Shown piece by piece: positions 58,317 to 64,000 of a stretch of DNA of 64,000 nt; within the stretch, counting starts at the first letter, position 1; every line of letters starts with the position of its first letter. Where the stretch lies: NCBI RefSeq assembly GCF_008831285.2, contig NC_045138.2, forward strand, positions 26,412,001 through 26,476,000, written 5' to 3'. The notes beneath the pieces are model-generated. The model had not been told where the DNA came from. It did no database searches and saw only the letters and a program-made list of their open reading frames with translations. Position numbers and translations under genes: made by a program. Source of the stretch: Nymphaea colorata (taxonomy: Eukaryota).

Positions 58317-59454
58317 AAACTGAGTATTCATGCCTTAAAAGGCTTAAATGGACGGATCTGCTGCCCTCATATCTTTTTATTGCATTCTGATGAAACAATT
58401 TACAAACTGGAGTAAGCCTGTGCATCGTATTTATTTCTAAATGAGCTGAAGCAACCCAAGATGTTCAAGCTTAGCTCATTTTTTTCCAGTAAAGAGGTGG
58501 ATGGTAGAAGCTTCTGCAGCAGACTTGTTATTTGTGGCATGAAGAATAACATAATTTGGTTACTCATATAGCCGAGGTCAAGATTGACCGTTTCAAAATG
58601 CTAGAGAACTGAGCATTTGGATTTCAATCTTGCTAATAGTAAACCAAGCATTTCAGAGTCTCCATGATCTACGCCACAAAATTGTATGGAAAATGTGAGT
58701 TCAAAGCTTACATCAGCTGAATGTAGGCTCACGTGCTTTTTCAACTCAGATGTTGGATTTAAGTGTTTTTCTCTTTTTTTTTTCCTAGATTTTATAGATT
58801 CAGATATTCCAACTGCATCTGTGAGTCGTGACGTTGCATTTGTGTAAAAACACCAAAACGTTGGCCAAAAAAAAAAAGAAATTTGTACGTCAGCAGCACA
58901 CACAACCCATACAAATATAAAGAAGGGCATATCCTAGACAACTTAACTGAGGAACAAAAAGACCTCCTGAAATAAATTACCAACGTATTCTTTGTTCAAT
59001 CACCTTAGTGATATGTTGTTAAAAGTAATTTGACACAAGATACATATTACGTCGAGCTTCTTTCAAGATTAAATGTATTTTTTTCATCATAAAAAACCTA
59101 ACAGCTCTTATAATATCAAAACTTTGTTAGTAATAATATAACAAAGTTAATATTGAACTATGAAAGACATACTAAATTAGTAATCGTACGCATGTTAGCA
59201 TGCTTATACTTTGTTTTAAATACTTAAAAATTTATTAAGTAGTAAGATTTTTGTCTTTACCCTGCGCTAAGCGCTCTGAGTTGCCCCCTCGCTTTCTCTC
59301 TCGAATACATAATACATATATACATAAATATATATCAACCGAAACCGTTTCGACCCAATCATGTCATGTAGGCAAGTTCAAAACAATAAAAAAAAAAAAA
59401 AAAAAAAAAACCCTATAAATCAGCTCTTTGTTGAAAACCAAAGGCTTTCAGCCT

Positions 59455-59660
59455 ACAAGATTAGTGTAGATTTTTTATGTTCAAAAGTTAATTTCCACTA
59501 ACCACTCACAAAGATCATAATTCATAAGAACTGAAAAGGTGGTGTATTCCATGGAACAAGATTAGTTTAGATTTTTGATGTTCAAAAGTTAATTTCCACT
59601 AACCAATCACATAGATCATAATTCATAAGGACTGAAAAGGTGGTGTATTCCATGGAACAA
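59455..59660. repeat. 101-bp tandem duplication downstream of VPS35
   Basis: ACAAGATTAGT..GTTCAAAAGTTAATTTCCACTAACCA..GGTGTATTCCATGGA occurs twice, starting 59455 and 59556, near-identical. Confidence 0.95.
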
Positions 59661-60501
59661 CGTGAGAAAAATATGGTGGTTTCTCAATTCAAAGGAGATT
59701 CTGACGCCAACCACCCCACTTACAAAAGTTCCTGCAGCAGGCAAATCCCAGAATTCGGAAATGCTTTTACGAAGAACAGAGCTATAAGGCACAATGACAG
59801 ATTATATCACTCTTGTACCATTTGAGGTATATACAGTTGAGCAAATTTGGAAATTAAACATACCTAAAGTGGAAAGAGGCATGTATTTGCGCTCGAATCT
59901 CCTGCTATGCTCATGAAGAGAACCCCCGCCCAAAAAAAAAAAAAGAAAGAAAGGCAAGCAAACAAGAGAAGTGTGCTTTTGATGATGTAAGAGCAGCCAG
60001 GATGACCCATATCTATGTTGGCGTGAAAGCATCTAAAGGAAGCAAGGCATGCTTAATGTCAAGTCATATTTCGGATTGAGAATCCATCCCCTCAGTAGTC
60101 ACTTGAAAAAAATGCAACATATTTGATTAACACTCGAAAGCTCTTCAAACATGATACACTAGTTGAATGATTGTGTTGCTTCCCCAAAAAGCCAGGACAT
60201 TATTCCATGAAGAAATTGCAGAACAAAACACTGTACAACATTAGCATTGAAAATGGACAGCTTGGCCACTCTCCCCACCTTTACCTCCGAAAAAGGAAAG
60301 AGGATCGTACTGCAAACTCAGAAGATTACCTTCTTCCGCTGCCACCACATCAACTTTTGCACCTATCCAATAAGAAATCTTTTAACAGCTTTGGACCACC
60401 TGCAATGGTGGCTTAATACCGTTGCTACCATCTGGTTGATGGAGCTGTGTCCTGCCGTACATGAATTCGAAAAACTCCTGAAAGTACAACCAGTCGATGA
60501 A

Positions 60502-62988
60502 TCACACTTTGATAGGCCCATATTTCTCCCCCATCGTACCACCCTTCTGTTTTTGGAACTGAATATAGCGGAGAGTACTAGCAAAGAAAGCATCAGCTGA
60601 TCGATCTGGGGCAATGTTGTCACTTTGCATCTCATTAGTTATTAAGTCAATTAATCCCTGGATTACTGTGCTCGTGATCTGGGGATTTCCTTTCTCAAAG
60701 AAATACAGATACCTGAAATCATGAATTTCCAGATGGTAAGCTATGAGAACATTTCCAATCAGCTATGACAATATTTCCTATCAAGAAATAACTGTGTTCA
60801 AAGGACAAAAGAGAGAACAAGATATCCACAAAAAGCAAAGAAATTTGTTGCAGTTATACTTGTTCAGAATCTCAACGAATAATGTGACGGGTCCACTGCT
60901 TCCACGTGTCACATTTGCCATCTGCTGAGCAGCATTTGCAATCCGTATTGCACGCTTCAAACACAGAAGAACCCTAGAAACAAAAAGCAATCAAGGACTT
61001 TACTCGAAGAGGAAATGCCTAAATATCTTAATATATAGATCTCAATAACATAATAACAAAGCATATCTTAGACATGAAACTCCTGAAGAACTAATCTAAA
61101 TTTTGTCATCCATGCCACGACTCTCACCCCAATGTTTTTCTTGCTACGTACACCCTCTTTCGAGTCTTCGACATGTTGTGATATGTAGACACTTCTATGT
61201 GCCATATCCCATTTGTTCTTTATATTTTTGCAAAAAGAGATGTCGGAAAAGGATTACTTCATAACTTGCTCTACTGTTCTTATTGTCTTCCAATTTTGAA
61301 AACTTCCCAGATTATTTTTGTTTTTTCTTGGGGAACAACAATTTGAAAAAACTTGTGACAAAGATCATGCCCGTATATGTAACATTTAACTAGTTTTTTA
61401 AAAGATTAACTATATTCAATGGATTATAATATCCACAAAGGTGACAGTATTTTTAAAGTAAAGAGAGCGTTTATAGGCTCAAGGGTGTCCTTTTTTCTTT
61501 TTTTTTGGAAAGGTTAACAACTTCAGTTTACACATTTATCAAAGCTGTAGCATAACAACTTGAACTTGAGAAATGCAAATGATTTTTCTAACCCCAAAAT
61601 CAACCAAATGATTTACAAAAGGGTGATTCCTTTGGAGTCCCATGGTCATTTTTCATTTAATTGCATCAGGGTTAGGCATAATGAGTCAAGTGTTAGGTAA
61701 GCATGTGCATGATGCATTTCAGTGGAAAATAACCTTTCTCCATCCTTAGCACCATCCTGGTCATCAACCCAGAAGAGATGCGAGCAAGCATAAACTGCAC
61801 GACATTGATCAGGCTTCTTCAACAGTTTAGCTGAGTACTGCACAAAAAAGAAGTAAACATGAACACTTAAGCCAGCCGTGTTCGAAGCATGAGGATTTCT
61901 TAAAGATGCAAAGTAAGAGCAGTACGCCAGTGGCTTTGTGAGTAAGAGTGTCCCTATTCTCCACTCCAAATATGTTCATCCTCTGAAGTGTCCCTATAAT
62001 GAGATGCATTGCTGTCACCTGAGCCTTGGAATCCTGTTGAAGAGAGAATCTTGGTTTATGTTTGAACTGGGGAAAAATTTTGATATAAAGAAGAAAAAAA
62101 TAGAAAAATCAAGCCATAGGAATGGAACTATGAATTCTTCACAGTGCCTTAAACTCATAAATTTGTCTCTGAAGACTTAAGAAGATTACCGCAATTTCTT
62201 CTTCATATAAAATGAATGCTTGAGTGAAAAATTCATATGCAACAGGTTCAAGTTCACAATCATTTGCAGCCTGGGACAGTGAAACCAAAGGATGCTTGAA
62301 TAAAACGAATTGTCATACAATGGAGAAAAAAATAGTTGAAATAACTTTCACCGTATACCTCTGCACACTGCAAATATAACCTTAATGCCAGTTCTGGAGA
62401 AGGCACTAGTGACAAAGCCTCTATTATCTGCAATTAATAAGTGATTAAATTGATCAACATACAATTAGCACCTACAAACATCAAGAATAGAGGCATGCAA
62501 CCATATAGTTACAGATGAACAATGAAGCGTAGGACAGACTCCCAATGATTGAAAATATTAAAGCTGAGACCAAAATGACAATAACTATAGATGGATGATC
62601 AACAAAGAATCCAGAAAAGTAGTCTAATTAACTTTTTTCCTTTAGGTACAACAAGCAGAAGACCTTTTTTTCCTATTATCTATACCTTTTTTTTTACATA
62701 CTTAATGAAACTTAATCTGCAAAAGGTCATCACTCAAATGTCGCTTTAAGTTTTTACATATATTTCTTGCATCTATTATTACAAGTAATACTCCAGATAC
62801 CACTATCAAGTCTTTTACTTTGTGTATCTCATTGTGACAAGTCTCCAAGATGTTATTCACAATAATATGATGGAAGAGTACAACACAACATTGTTTACCT
62901 GAGTCAATAACTGAAAAATTTTCTTTGGTGTCACATCCCCCTCTTCACTTGCTCCTTGCCCTTCTTGACCTTGTAAGCTTCTTACCAA
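60502..62988 (-). CDS. VPS35: Vacuolar protein sorting-associated protein 35 (retromer), last seven coding exons; gene presumably continues beyond the window
   Basis: Exons 62988-62899, 62427-62359, 62270-62190, 62033-61926, 61837-61734, 60973-60860, 60712-60502 join in frame: ..PELALRLYLQCAE|AANDCELEPVAYEFFTQAF..|YSAKLLKKPDQCRAVYACSHLFW..|VLLCLKRAIRIA..LFVEILNK|YLYFFEKGN..GEKYGPIKV*. Confidence 0.96.
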
Positions 62989-64000
62989 CTGCAGAATGAA
63001 TCATGAAAGTGAATTTATACAATAGTAGAAAGTATTGTTTAACGAATTTCCATGGGCACATCATTGTAGCAGGATCTATTAACTTTAAAAAATTATATAC
63101 CATACAAGAATTTCAACAAGTTCATTAAAACTTGAAACTTGAAAATGGTTGCTTTTTGCACATCTGAGATGTCTCCTACACTACAAACTGATGAAGATGC
63201 AAGTCCAGAACCAGTACATGTACAAGAAGTAAGCGAGACATGCTAACAAATATGTGGAATTGCAATATTTTCCATTATTTACAATCAAAATATATTGTCA
63301 TAACAAGGAACCAAATATACTTCTATGTTCTATCAATTATGCCATGTGCATTGCGAAAACTGACATGTGTTATTACACCTGTGAGATTTTTAAAAAAAAT
63401 AAAAAACAAAATAACCAATTCTTTAGAGCTATTGATCGCATCAGCACAAGAACTACATCTTTCTAGACAACAAAATACAATATATAAGGTCTCCCACAGC
63501 CTATATGTGCATGCTTATATGTCAATAGACACTCATGTGTCCCTTCATGCATGTAAACTACAAGATAGAAGTATATGTTTCAGGTATAGACATGCATAAA
63601 TACATGCCCCCTAAATGATACTGGGGGTGTGTAAAAGTCAACATTCAGCATGTCATAGTTTAATAAGGATGTTTAATACTGCTTCCAGTTTCCAGCTTCT
63701 GCAAGTAATGTGATTGTTGATTATCTCTTAGGCTGGATGGAAGAATCTTTAGAACATAGCAAAGCCATTAAGAAAGCCTATAGGAATTACTGGAGAGTAA
63801 CCGTAGGTGTGGGCAGTGAACCGACCACATAACTGAACAAGCATTATTTGTGCTTCTTTCTTATAGTTGAAATCTTATTCATTAACAGATTGCAAATGCA
63901 TCAAGAACCAAGTCAAGCATGAGTTCATTAAAAACTCAGCACACTGAATTTCACAAGCTGGCCTACTGTGAGAAAAGACTCTCTAAGGAACTTCCACGAA

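Overview
This is nuclear DNA of a flowering plant (spliceosomal introns, AT-rich intergenic DNA, MITEs); the species cannot be established from the sequence alone. Ten protein-coding genes were assembled by hand from splice sites and reading frame: BADC-type biotin/lipoyl-attachment protein (+, 5'-incomplete), triple-CCCH zinc finger (+), Asp/Glu-racemase-family protein (-), NudC-like Nudix hydrolase NUDX19 (-), intronless threonine synthase (+), DUF761 protein (-), peptide deformylase PDF1A (-), class III peroxidase (+), GT14/GlcAT14 glycosyltransferase (-), and the 3' end of VPS35 (-). Non-coding features include several hAT-type MITEs with 8-bp target-site duplications, LINE remnants, a decayed plastid-type trnP(UGG) inside an intron, a 164-bp foldback, local tandem duplications and microsatellites. 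I see no convincing new multi-gene system. The best leads are a racemase homolog lacking both catalytic cysteines, a NUDX19 with a transit-peptide-like N-terminus plus C-terminal PNL, two GC-AG introns, the organellar tRNA insertion and the hairpin. Homolog comparisons are from memory; no search was run.
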